32,000 bases of DNA, taken from NCBI GenBank assembly GCA_964510585.1, contig CAZECW010000004.1:30001-62000 (forward strand). Direction: 5' to 3'. Position 1 is the stretch's first letter. The number at the start of each line of letters is the position of its first letter. Both the position numbers and the translations under genes were made by a program. This stretch comes from an uncultured archaeon (GTDB lineage Archaea; Asgardarchaeota; Jordiarchaeia; Jordiarchaeales; Jordiarchaeaceae). The notes below the pieces were generated by a model. That model made no database searches. It was not told where the DNA came from and worked only from the letters and a program-made list of their open reading frames with translations. Of the stretch, positions 1 through 9,527 are shown in pieces.

Positions 1-7
1 TTTTTAA

Positions 8-895
8 TCACTCTTTTAACGCCTCAGCGATAATAGGAGCTACGGACACTAAGCTAACATCGCTAGGAACTGTGTCGGTTGCAATTATTTCAGTTACTCC
101 TGCATTAAGAATCCTAAACCGGGAGTCCCCCACCAAGATGGCGTGAGTGCATGCGGCATAAATTTTAGCGGCGCCTTGATTTTTGGCAATTTCGATGGCT
201 TTAACCATGGTTCCGCCAGTACTGATAATGTCATCCACTACGACCACATCGCGGTTGATGACATCAATTTCTCTACTCTTGGTTTCGATTTCACCTGTGT
301 GTTTATCTCTAAACTTGCTGAGAACCACATATTCAGCGCCTAAAAATTCTGCAAGACTTTTAGCCCTATTCATAGCTCCTTCGTCTGGGGAGATAATGAC
401 AGGTTTCGTCAGTTTATACTTGTTTAAGTATTCGCCCAGAAGGGGAATAGCGCTTAAGTCTCTTACGGGAATACTGAGATAATCAAAAAGTCTCTTGTTA
501 TGAATATCGACTGTTAGTATTTCGTCGGCTCCCGCATTCTGAATTATTTTACAAATTATTTTTCCACTCACCGCTTCGCCGGGAAGAAATCTTTTGTCTT
601 GGCGGGCGTAAGCAAAATAGGGAATAACTGCGGTAACCTTTGATACACCCAATTCTTTTAGAGTTTCAATTATGAAACAGAGCTCAACTATACCTTGATC
701 AGGGTTCGGGGGTATCGTGGATTGAACCACAATAGCGTGGCGGTTTTTTGGCTCCTCTTTAATTCTAATGTATTTCTCGCCGTCTGGGAAGGTCTTAAAC
801 TCAATGGGAATAGCTCCACATTTTAAACATCTAGAGATACGCAGACCCAAGAGTTGCGAACTAGGACCAGGCACTACTACTTTTTCGAGCAACAT
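8..895 (-). CDS. prs: Ribose-phosphate pyrophosphokinase (PRPP synthetase), copy 1
   Basis: Motifs FPDGEKYIRI, PYFAYARQD, ISPDEGA and VVVVDDIISTGGT; 295 aa. Confidence 0.95.
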   Translation of the reverse strand: MLLEKVVVPGPSSQLLGLRISRCLKCGAIPIEFKTFPDGEKYIRIKEEPKNRHAIVVQSTIPPNPDQGIVELCFIIETLKELGVSKVTAVIPYFAYARQDKRFLPGEAVSGKIICKIIQNAGADEILTVDIHNKRLFDYLSIPVRDLSAIPLLGEYLNKYKLTKPVIISPDEGAMNRAKSLAEFLGAEYVVLSKFRDKHTGEIETKSREIDVINRDVVVVDDIISTGGTMVKAIEIAKNQGAAKIYAACTHAILVGDSRFRILNAGVTEIIATDTVPSDVSLVSVAPIIAEALKE

Positions 896-1100
896 TCATC
901 AACTCTTCTCTAAACACATCTACTCAATTTTCTAAAAAGCTCCGTTTAACAGGGGATAACTCACAAATATTTAAAGGCTGTTTATCTTTATTCCAGAGAT
1001 ATTAAAAATATTTTAGGTCAAATAAGCTCAGAAAAATATGTATATAATATCAAATTTTGAACGGCGGCAAATCTGGTTCCAATATCTTAAAAGTTAGAAA

Positions 1101-2159
1101 GTGTATATGTATCTAGAAAAAGTTCCAATTTTGGTGAAACTTTTGCTAAAGGAAACAATGATTTACGAGAAGCTTGATAATAACATGGTAAAATGTGGGA
1201 TTTGCCCCCACCGCTGTCTAATTAAACCCGGAAAGAGGGGAAAATGTAAAACAAGAGAAAACATAGATGGAGTTCTCTACTCCCTTGTTTATTCCTCAAT
1301 ATCTGCTATGGCTAATGACCCTATTGAGAAAAAACCTCTGTTCCACTTTTATCCAGGAAGCACCGCATTTTCTATATCAACGGTGGGATGTACTTTTCAT
1401 TGCCACCACTGCCAAAACTGGAGCATCTCTCAGGCAGAGCCCGAATCTGGCTTAACTAGAGAGTTTTCACCAGAAGAAATTGTCTCAGCAGCTAAGAAAA
1501 GTGGTAGCCGTTCTATCGCATACACCTATAATGAGCCCTTCGTTTTCTACGAATTCGTCTACGATACTGCAAAGATTGCACATAAAAACAACATAAAAAA
1601 TATTCTAGTTACAAACGGGTATGCTACACCTGAGGCCATAGAAAAAATAGCTCCCCTAATAGATGCAGCAAACATTGATGTGAAAGCGATGAGCGAGGAA
1701 TTTTACAGAGAGATATGTGGGGCGCGGCTTCAACCAGTATTGGACGCCGTCCTTCTTATGAAGGAGAAGGGCATTCATATAGAAATTACTTATCTTATAA
1801 TCCCTCAGAAAAATGATAGCGTAGATGAGATAAAGAAATTTGTAGAATGGGTGAAGGGCAATTTAGGACTGGATGTACCTATCCATTTCTCCAGGTTTTA
1901 TCCCCATTACAAAATGAAAAATCTTAGCCCCACCCCAGTTCAAACAGTTATCAAAGCTAGAGAAATTGGGCAAAAAGCAGGACTGCACTACGTCTACTGT
2001 GGAAATATACCGGGAGAGGGAGAGAACACGTATTGCTATAATTGTAACCAATTAATAGTTGGACGATGGGGATACGTAATAGAGGAGTACAAACTTGCCA
2101 AAGGCAATACGTGTCCAAACTGCGGAGCGAAGATAAACATAATTGGAGAATGGGAATAG
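1101..2159 (+). CDS. AmmeMemoRadiSam-system radical SAM enzyme (PflA-like activating-enzyme family)
   Basis: N-terminal CGICPHRC, DPIEKKPLFHFYPG, radical SAM motif CTFHCHHCQNW, YTYNEP, VTNGY, HFSRFYP and a C-terminal CxxC...CxxC. True start probably GTG 1134 or ATG 1158 rather than 1101. Confidence 0.9.
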   Translation: MYMYLEKVPILVKLLLKETMIYEKLDNNMVKCGICPHRCLIKPGKRGKCKTRENIDGVLYSLVYSSISAMANDPIEKKPLFHFYPGSTAFSISTVGCTFHCHHCQNWSISQAEPESGLTREFSPEEIVSAAKKSGSRSIAYTYNEPFVFYEFVYDTAKIAHKNNIKNILVTNGYATPEAIEKIAPLIDAANIDVKAMSEEFYREICGARLQPVLDAVLLMKEKGIHIEITYLIIPQKNDSVDEIKKFVEWVKGNLGLDVPIHFSRFYPHYKMKNLSPTPVQTVIKAREIGQKAGLHYVYCGNIPGEGENTYCYNCNQLIVGRWGYVIEEYKLAKGNTCPNCGAKINIIGEWE

Positions 2160-2173
2160 TTCCCCCCAAATGT

Positions 2174-3323
2174 TTAGGATACTGGGCGCCAGATAATTCC
2201 TAGTTCATCCGCAGTTTTATATGCTTCCTCCATTTCATCGCTAGTCACTCTTCTACATATATCTGCATATTCCTTCCTTCTTGGTACCTCGTGTGTTGGG
2301 TGATACTGTTCCATTATGTTAACTAAAGCTTTAGGACAATTTTTAGCCACCCATTCAAGCACTGGTTTGGTGCAACATTCAACGTGTCCCGGTAAAACTA
2401 GGTGCCTTATTATCATACCAGATGTTCCAGGTTCCACGGTCTCATCATAGGCCATCTTGTGATTTCTTGAAACGACTTCCCAGTAGTTAGAAACTTTACT
2501 CAACCTCTCCGCGCATTGATTATTTCCATATTTAAAGTCGGGGAGCCAGAAATCCATAACGTCCAGTAAAAGCTTCATACATTCTTTGGAACAGTACATG
2601 TTAGAATTCCATAGTTGCACAATGTTTGTTTTAGTTTCCCTGATGCCTTTTAAAATGTTGTAGGTGTTTGGAGTTGGATCTCCACCCACATAATTTATGT
2701 TTCTTGCACCTTCCCTCTTTAGATCTCTTGAGATTCGTGCAAGGCTCTCACCCGAAGTTTCTATACCGTTTTTTGGATTTGTGGAAATGTCATAGTTCTG
2801 ACAAAACACGCATTTAAAAGTGCAACTGGAGAAGAAGAATGCACCGCAAGAGCCTTAACTCTTAAGCGTTTGTGCCTGAAGGAACTAGAGGGGCCTCTTC
2901 CCCTGTATGTATGAATGCTGAGGATACGTAAGACTCGCTACCCAGTTTACAAAATCCTTTTTCACCCTCCAGTCTATTAGCTCCACACCGTCTTTCACAG
3001 AAATGACACTGTGATAGAATCCTTCTTGCTAGTTCCACCTTAACATCCAAATAAGAAATCTTTGGCGAATCCATGTTTCCCAGTTCCAGTTCACCTGCAT
3101 CAATCCGCCTCAAGACACTTCTAAAAACACCACTTATTCTATCATGTTCATCCCAAAGCTTGCCCAGCTCCGCATCTAGCTCCACATCTACACCTACTTT
3201 TAAAGCTATCATAAACTTAGCATAAAGCCTATCATTGAATACCTCATAGTACCTCCAAAGCCTCTCACGAACTATACCGTTATCCCAAACACGGTAAGCA
3301 TCTGGGCGAATTAGTTTCCACAT
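2174..3323 (-). CDS. PflX-like radical SAM protein interrupted by a 31-nt BHB intron (exons 3323-2870 and 2838-2174; spliced product 372 aa)
   Basis: The ORFs 2862..3323 and 2174..2809 are two halves of one family member: CHFCERRCGANR, HTGEEAPLVPSGT | IFFSSCTFKCVFCQNYDIS, NINYVGGDPTP, WNSNMY, PDFKYGN, IIRHLVLPGH, NIMEQYHP. Removing 2839-2869 joins them in frame (454+665 = 1119 nt). Confidence 0.88.
2839..2869 (-). other. Candidate archaeal bulge-helix-bulge intron in mRNA (31 nt)
   Basis: RNA reads AG-GCAC-AA^A-CGC-UU-AAGAG-UUAAGG-CUCUU-GCG-GUGC-AU^U-CU. This gives a 4-bp central helix GCAC/GUGC, two 3-nt bulges, an intron stem and a 2-bp exon helix. The in-frame UAA lies inside the insert. 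Confidence 0.85.
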
Positions 3324-3668
3324 ATTTTAACACTCCAACTCTTTAAGTTCTTAATAAAACAGACACAACAAGTAAATATAATTTTTACACAAAACCCCAA
3401 ATATTTGCGGTTGTAATGAGGGAGTGCAGACTTATTCGGCTCCATTTCCCCTCAAACAGACTCTATAATAGCTTACTAGAAGCCAATTTTTGAAGCTTAA
3501 ATGAACTATTCTACATCACCATTAGAATGTGGGAAAATACTTAAATGTATATTAAAGCATCAGAAATGAGGATTATAATTTAAAAAGTTATGGATGGCAG
3601 ATATTCACGCTGTTCAATTTGAGAACCGAATAGGGTCATTTCTAAAAAGAGTATTGGAGGCTAATTTT

Positions 3669-4676
3669 TTGACCTGTCACGTCTTGGTGGGCGGCTTCTT
3701 CGGAGACGAAGGAAAAGGGAAAATTATTTCCTACCTAGCTATAAAGGATAATGCTTCAATATGTGTAAGGGCAGGTGTTGGTACAAACGCGGGACACACA
3801 GTCGAATACAAAGGTAAAACCTACAAGTTGAGACAGATATCAAGCGGATTCGTCCAAGAAAAGGCCAAAATACTAATCGGACCCGGCGTACTAATTAACC
3901 CTGACATTCTAAAAAAGGAGATAGAGGAAACAGGAGTGGGGAACAGAATAAAAATTGATGGGCAGTGCGCAATAATCGAAGCAAAACACATCGAAGAAGA
4001 CAGAGGGTCCTCGTTCCTCAAAGAGAAGATTGGGAGTACCGGAAGCGGATGCGGACCTTGTAATGTGGAGAGAGTAATGAGGCGGGCTAAACTGGCAAAG
4101 GACATCCCAAATCTTTCTCAGTATATCACAGATGTCCCATTGGAGGTTAACACCGCCATCGATGAGGGTAAACATGTTTTAGTGGAGGGAACTCAAGGCA
4201 CGTTCCTCTCACTATACCACGGTACTTATCCCTTCGTGACTAGTAAGGATACCACCGCATCTCAAGCTTGTGCAGATGTGGGTGTGGGGCCAACCAAGGT
4301 AGACGAAGTTTTCGTTGTTTTCAAGTCGTATACTACTAGAGTTGGAGCAGGACCTCTCAGTGAAGAATTGTCTGAGGAAGAAGCTAAAAAGAGGGGGTGG
4401 TTTGAAACTGCAACAGTGACTGGAAGGAAAAGAAGAGCGGCGCCCTTCAACTTTGAATTGGCAAAAAGAGCCGTCATGCTAAATGGCGCCACACAGGCCG
4501 CCTTGACGAAACTTGACGTAATCTATCCAGAATGCGCTGGAGCTAGGTCTATAGAAGACCTGTCCAAAGAGGCCCTCTCCTTCATAAGAAAAATTGAGGA
4601 AACAATAAAAATTCCCGTAAGCCTCATAGGAACAGGGCCTAACACCATGGATATAATAGACCTCAGAGAAGCATAA
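3669..4676 (+). CDS. purA: Adenylosuccinate synthetase (short archaeal type)
   Basis: GGFFGDEGKGK, NAGHTV, IGSTGSGCGP, EGTQG, YPFVTS, TVTGRKRR, TKLD. Start taken as TTG 3669 with GGAGG at 3656-3660; the ORF track starts at 3594. Confidence 0.96.
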   Translation: MTCHVLVGGFFGDEGKGKIISYLAIKDNASICVRAGVGTNAGHTVEYKGKTYKLRQISSGFVQEKAKILIGPGVLINPDILKKEIEETGVGNRIKIDGQCAIIEAKHIEEDRGSSFLKEKIGSTGSGCGPCNVERVMRRAKLAKDIPNLSQYITDVPLEVNTAIDEGKHVLVEGTQGTFLSLYHGTYPFVTSKDTTASQACADVGVGPTKVDEVFVVFKSYTTRVGAGPLSEELSEEEAKKRGWFETATVTGRKRRAAPFNFELAKRAVMLNGATQAALTKLDVIYPECAGARSIEDLSKEALSFIRKIEETIKIPVSLIGTGPNTMDIIDLREA

Positions 4677-4708
4677 TTCTTGATAAAAACGTAAGGGGTA
4701 TTATGAAA

Positions 4709-5488
4709 TTAGAGCTTCTCTTTAGAAGTGGTGAGCTGTGGGACTTCTTTTGACATGAAGTTTCTTAAGGCTCTTATTAGTGCATCGACCCCCTCTATCA
4801 TTGATATTGCTACAGGAATGCGCTCCACTTCTGCTATTTTTACAGCAAGGGGGTCTAGTTTCTTTGGTCCATGAATTATAAGTAGGGATGGCTTCAATGA
4901 GCGGGTGGTTCCCATCTGGCTAGTTTTAATAGCCACCATAGAAGCTCTTCCACTAATCACATTTGTGAATATGGCGGCACGCTGGGGCGTAGCTCCATAG
5001 AGTTTGAGAAGCTGTTCGGAGGAAAGATTGACTATGGCGTTGATGACGTCAATAGCGGTGTATCCATATATCGGTTGGCTTATCAGATCCTTGTTTACAA
5101 GTACTTCGCATTCCAAGTATTCGCATAAAACCTCAGATTTGATGGCGTATGGAAACTCTCTAATATCTAGAATGATGTCTGAAGGAATTTCCTTGGTTAT
5201 AATTCTAGTCAAACCATTAACTACTTGGCCGCCCTTCAGGTCGTCTAGATAGACTAAGGCCTCAACAAATTTTTTAATGGTGTCTATCCTGGGGGAAACC
5301 CTTCTACCACTCTCATAGTCACTAATCACTGAGGGGGAGAGTCCAAGGATATCCGCTAGGTCCTTTTGAGGAATCTGAAACTTTTCTCTCCACTTTCTCA
5401 TCACTTTGCCTGGATCATCAGATAATGTTATTTCTCCGGCAATGCTCTGGCATAAACTTTTTTTACCTTCATCGATGGAGCTACGCAT
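4709..5488 (-). CDS. XRE/Cro-type HTH transcriptional regulator (COG1709-like archaeal family)
   Basis: IAGEITLSDDPG..MRKWREKFQIPQKDLADILGLSPSVISDYESGRRVSP HTH, then GYTAIDVINAI, RAAIFTNVISGRASMVAIK and LAVKIAEVERIP. Confidence 0.85.
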   Translation of the reverse strand: MRSSIDEGKKSLCQSIAGEITLSDDPGKVMRKWREKFQIPQKDLADILGLSPSVISDYESGRRVSPRIDTIKKFVEALVYLDDLKGGQVVNGLTRIITKEIPSDIILDIREFPYAIKSEVLCEYLECEVLVNKDLISQPIYGYTAIDVINAIVNLSSEQLLKLYGATPQRAAIFTNVISGRASMVAIKTSQMGTTRSLKPSLLIIHGPKKLDPLAVKIAEVERIPVAISMIEGVDALIRALRNFMSKEVPQLTTSKEKL

Positions 5489-5756
5489 AGACTATGAACA
5501 CTCCTTTGAAAAATAGTTTAATGGTTTAAAGCATTTATGGGATAGAATATAAGTCTTTCGACGAATGTTGAAAAAAATTCTAATATTGTCGAATAGACCC
5601 TCTATAAAACGGCAATATTATTTGGGAAATTTATAGGTCAAACTTTTTTATAAATAAAATCTGTTTTAAATTGTTTAAAATTTTTATGCTGATTTTTTCA
5701 AAATTTTTAAATAGTATTAGAAAATTTTATCAGTTTTGTGTTATTCTTCTTTGTAT

Positions 5757-6302
5757 TTATTGGAGCTTTTTTATTATGTTATCGAGATTATCGATATCAG
5801 ATTTGAGCACGTTTTGAAGATGCTTCAAAGCGAAATTGTGATCTTCATCTGTTAGTGCGGCCACACAGTCCCTTGGAACTATTACTTTGTATCCGAGTAG
5901 GGTGGCGCTGCTACCCGTGTGTAGAATGCAGATATCGGTACACACTCCCGTTAATACCACCGTGTCTATTTTCTTACTTTTTAGAATTTTTTCTAGGTTC
6001 GTTCTAAAGAAACCGTCATAGGTTTTTTTCTTAACTATTATGTCCCCCTTCTGGGGCTTTAGCTCATCTATAACTTCAGAACCTTTAGTTTTTTCTACAG
6101 CGTGTGGTGGCCATATTTGGAATTCTCGATCATCAGGGTCATGGCTATCCGCTATGAATATTACGGGGATTTTTTTGTTCCTTGCATGTTCTATGAGTTT
6201 CTTTATAGGGGTTATTATTTTCCTTCCAGCAGAACATTCTAGGGGTGCTCCTTCCAGAATAAAATCATTTAGCATATCTATGACCAAGATTGCAGGCTTC
6301 AT
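5757..6302 (-). CDS. Isochorismatase-family cysteine hydrolase (nicotinamidase-like)
   Basis: ILVIDMLNDF, DSHDPDD, WPPHAV, KKTYDGF, GVCTDICILHT. Confidence 0.9.
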   Translation of the reverse strand: MKPAILVIDMLNDFILEGAPLECSAGRKIITPIKKLIEHARNKKIPVIFIADSHDPDDREFQIWPPHAVEKTKGSEVIDELKPQKGDIIVKKKTYDGFFRTNLEKILKSKKIDTVVLTGVCTDICILHTGSSATLLGYKVIVPRDCVAALTDEDHNFALKHLQNVLKSDIDNLDNIIKKLQ

Positions 6303-6305
6303 TTC

Positions 6306-7997
6306 TCAGCCTCCTCCAAATTTTTTAATTTTTTCTACGAATAACTCGAGACTGCACTCAAAAGCTCCTACAGGATACTCCAAATCAAAATTATTTAACA
6401 CTTCTGGGTGAATTTCACCAACGTGTCCTATGATTTTTCCATCAGCTTCGATTGAAGCCACCCGTCCCTCCATGAAACTTGGGTGGGAGATTGGGCGGAA
6501 TTTCCACTGTTTACATCCTAATTCTCTTAGGAGGGCCTCTGCGATAGCCTTTATGTCAGTGAATCCCACCTCAGTGTCGGTAATGGCTGCTGCGACGTTT
6601 AGTTGGCGTCGAGCACTAGTTTCAGCTTCGGGATCATAAAATACAATGTCGCCCACCTCAAATATTTTTTGAGGAAGGGCCTCGTGCTTGTTAATTTTTA
6701 GAATCTTAATTAGTCCTGGAAGTAGGGCATCTCTAACCATGTTAAATTCCACACTCACAGGGTTAAGCAGCTCTACTGGTTTACCTTTCGTTCGCATGTA
6801 ATCATAGTGTTCTCTAAAATTTGTTAACGTGAAGCTAATAACTTCATTAAGCCCCAGCCCCACCAGCACGCTTTTTACAATGTTTGATAATTTCTGGTAG
6901 GGATGAGCTTCAGCAATAGTCAAGGTTTTGGGAAAAGTTGGTTTCAAATTATAAAGGCCATAACCTATAGCTACCTCTTCCACAAAGTCTACTTCGTGCA
7001 TAATATCGTGGCGATATGCTGGAACACGCACATTTATCTTGCCACCATTGTACTCTGCTTCCATACGAACTTTTTCTAGGGATTTAATAATTTCTTGTAT
7101 GGAAAGTTCTAGTCCCAGTAAGCGGTTTACATAATCAGGATGTATCGACCAAGTTTTGGGTGTGAGGTCAGGTGTTGTGATAACTTTGTCAGAGTATTCT
7201 ACTTTCACACTCTCTATTTTAGCGCCCCCCTCTGCTAACGAAGTTACGAGAATGTTTAGTGTACTGGTAACATCTTTCATTGTAGTCCCAGTTACATCTA
7301 TGAAAAGATTTCTAGTTTCCTCTGTGAGTTGGGTCAAAATGCCATTAATTATGGGGGGGAAGGATAAGACGTTGTTGTTAACATCGGTGATGATGGGATA
7401 CTTGGGTTTTCCCTCCATTATGTGGGCGTAGTCCCTACCCTTTGGATGTTTCATCAAAATTTCTCTAGGAGTAAGTTCCACCGCCCAGTTAAGAGGAATA
7501 AATTTTATTCCCTCAGGATCCACAGCTCGATACTCGAAGGGGGGTTTAACCTTGTCAAAATCATGAATCCCTATAGAAGATTTTACCCTATCTCTACCTA
7601 TAGCCCAATGCAGGTCTTCTTGCATTCCTATAAGTTCAACTATGTTTTCATTGTTAAGTGAAACATTCCTAACTATTGCACAGACTATGTATGGTCTAAT
7701 CTCTGCTAATGCTGGATCCACCCTCACTACTACGCCGCTCTCGGTAATCTTGTATTTTGGAAGCCCAGTCTCTATTTCCATAAATCCTCGGAGAGCCCGA
7801 GCAATTCCTTCCTGGCTTGAAAAGTCTGGACGATTAGGATTATATTCGACCTTAAGATAATCTTGTGCCTTCTCTTCAATGTCCAGTCCCAGCCAGGGAA
7901 CATTCTTTTCAAGTTCATCGGAATCAATTTTTCTTCCCAATAATTCACTCATTCGATTGCAAGTTAGGGTTATTACTGGAATTTTAACCTCCTCCAA
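6306..7997 (-). CDS. pheT: Phenylalanine--tRNA ligase beta subunit (archaeal type)
   Basis: PVITL, NRPDFSSQEGIARAL, IGMQEDLH, SFPPIIN, YRHDIMHEVDFVEEVAIGYG, GEIHPEVL. Start uncertain (TTG 7997 or ATT 7982). Confidence 0.96.
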   Translation of the reverse strand: MEEVKIPVITLTCNRMSELLGRKIDSDELEKNVPWLGLDIEEKAQDYLKVEYNPNRPDFSSQEGIARALRGFMEIETGLPKYKITESGVVVRVDPALAEIRPYIVCAIVRNVSLNNENIVELIGMQEDLHWAIGRDRVKSSIGIHDFDKVKPPFEYRAVDPEGIKFIPLNWAVELTPREILMKHPKGRDYAHIMEGKPKYPIITDVNNNVLSFPPIINGILTQLTEETRNLFIDVTGTTMKDVTSTLNILVTSLAEGGAKIESVKVEYSDKVITTPDLTPKTWSIHPDYVNRLLGLELSIQEIIKSLEKVRMEAEYNGGKINVRVPAYRHDIMHEVDFVEEVAIGYGLYNLKPTFPKTLTIAEAHPYQKLSNIVKSVLVGLGLNEVISFTLTNFREHYDYMRTKGKPVELLNPVSVEFNMVRDALLPGLIKILKINKHEALPQKIFEVGDIVFYDPEAETSARRQLNVAAAITDTEVGFTDIKAIAEALLRELGCKQWKFRPISHPSFMEGRVASIEADGKIIGHVGEIHPEVLNNFDLEYPVGAFECSLELFVEKIKKFGGG

Positions 7998-8003
7998 TAA
8001 GTT

Positions 8004-9527
8004 CTATAAGAGAATGGGGGTTCTTCTAATCCACCCTAAATCGTTTTTGTAGAGATCTCTTATGTCCTCTAAACCTAGGCGAAGCATAGCGAGCCTTTCA
8101 AAACCTCCGCCCCAAGCTAGAACAGGAACTTTTACGCCTAGTGGAATCGTTACTTCGGGGCGAAAGATACCCATCCCGCAGAGTTCTATCCAACCAAACT
8201 CTTCTACGTAAACAGTGGATTGCAGTGATGGCTCTGTGTATGGGAAATAGCTGGGCCAGAACTGTACCTTCTCGAAACCTAAACGTTTATAAAACTCGGT
8301 TAAGGTTCCCATTAGGTCTCTAAGTGTCACATTTTCGTCCACAATGATACCCTCTATTTGAAAGAATTCTGCTAAATGTTTGTAGTCCAGTTTTTCGTTT
8401 CTGTAGACTCTGTCAACGGAAAAAACCTTTACTGGAGGTTCGGGGTGCTCCGCCAAGTAGCGAATTGTTGTTGCAGTAGTGTGAGTTCTCAGAATAGTTT
8501 GGCGAGCTACATTGGCATCCCATTTGTAGCCCCACCCAATTGAACCAGTTTTCCACCCATTTTCGTGGGTTTTTGACACCCTTTGAACTATTTGTTTATC
8601 CGGAAGCTTGGCGGTTTTGGGAAACTTTAGATAGAATGTATCATGCATTTCGCGTGCTGGATGATCCTGTGGTTGGAACAAGGCGTCAAAATTCCAAAAA
8701 GCGGACTCTACAAAAGGTCCCCTTATTTCGGTAAACCCCAAATTCAAAAAGATCTCTCTAATTTCGTTAATCAATTCTGCTACAGGGTGAATTTTTCCCG
8801 GGTGAATCGTTACTACTGGGGCTTCAACATCATACTTCCTAAATTTGGTACTTCGCCATTTTCCCGACTTTATGAGATCCGAAGTGAGGATGCTGACTTC
8901 CTCAACAACACTAACCCCTGATTGAGCAAGTCTTCTCCCCTCCTCAGTTATAATCAGAGAACGAACCTTTTCTTGGCGTATTTTAATTAAATTTCTTTTT
9001 TGAAGGGAATCAAGCATTTTCTTCATTTTGTTTGGAAGCTGAGATTCCTCTACCACACCTCTATCATTCAACAATTTTAATAGGTTCTCATCGTCCCCTA
9101 GAGGGGGCATCTCCTTAACACTTATGAGAGTTTCACTATCTTGTTTCTTAAATTCTGCCCAATTTTTTCTCCGAAGCCACCCCAGAGCTATTTTTAAATC
9201 CTCCTCGGAGAAACTGGCTTCTTTAGAAAGTTGGGATAAAGTGGCGTTGCCCCCCAACTTTAATACAATATTTAAAAGCCTCCGCTCCGGAAGCCCTTCT
9301 TCCACGTATTTGGAGCCCTCTTTGAGTATTTCCACGTAGAGTTTTTGTGTTTCTCTCTGCTCCACTAAACCCTTTTCGCCCAGCCATGCTGAGGCTCTAG
9401 CCACCGCAACATGGTCTAGCCCCGTTTCTTTCTCTAAATCGCTGATTGTGGTTTCACCTTTGCTCTTGTTTAAGGCTTTTAGAATTTTAAGCTCTATTTC
9501 TCGTAACTTTACCTGTTCCTTTACCAT
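8004..9527 (-). CDS. pheS: Phenylalanine--tRNA ligase alpha subunit (archaeal/eukaryotic long form)
   Basis: FWNFDALFQPQDHPAREMHDTF, LRTHTT, HLAEFFQIEG, YFPYTEPS, GMGIFRPEV, WGGGFERLAM. GGAGG precedes the ATG. Confidence 0.97.
   Translation of the reverse strand: MVKEQVKLREIELKILKALNKSKGETTISDLEKETGLDHVAVARASAWLGEKGLVEQRETQKLYVEILKEGSKYVEEGLPERRLLNIVLKLGGNATLSQLSKEASFSEEDLKIALGWLRRKNWAEFKKQDSETLISVKEMPPLGDDENLLKLLNDRGVVEESQLPNKMKKMLDSLQKRNLIKIRQEKVRSLIITEEGRRLAQSGVSVVEEVSILTSDLIKSGKWRSTKFRKYDVEAPVVTIHPGKIHPVAELINEIREIFLNLGFTEIRGPFVESAFWNFDALFQPQDHPAREMHDTFYLKFPKTAKLPDKQIVQRVSKTHENGWKTGSIGWGYKWDANVARQTILRTHTTATTIRYLAEHPEPPVKVFSVDRVYRNEKLDYKHLAEFFQIEGIIVDENVTLRDLMGTLTEFYKRLGFEKVQFWPSYFPYTEPSLQSTVYVEEFGWIELCGMGIFRPEVTIPLGVKVPVLAWGGGFERLAMLRLGLEDIRDLYKNDLGWIRRTPILL

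Noticed and set aside
2839-2869. Shared GTTAAG hexamer between the mRNA intron and tRNA intron 1, suggesting intron transposition
   Set aside because: A 6-nt match with no similarity in the stems is within chance.
2810-2870. Interpreting the split radical SAM gene as a pseudogene, programmed frameshift or stop readthrough
   Set aside because: Both halves are intact, there is no obvious slippery site, the stop is UAA and the next ORF is in another frame. A precise BHB excision explains the break to the nucleotide.
3417-3460. Hairpin TGAGGG...CCCTCA followed by ACA on either strand (H/ACA guide-like) upstream of purA
   Set aside because: No K-turn or K-loop GA pairs and no proper two-sided pseudouridylation pocket.
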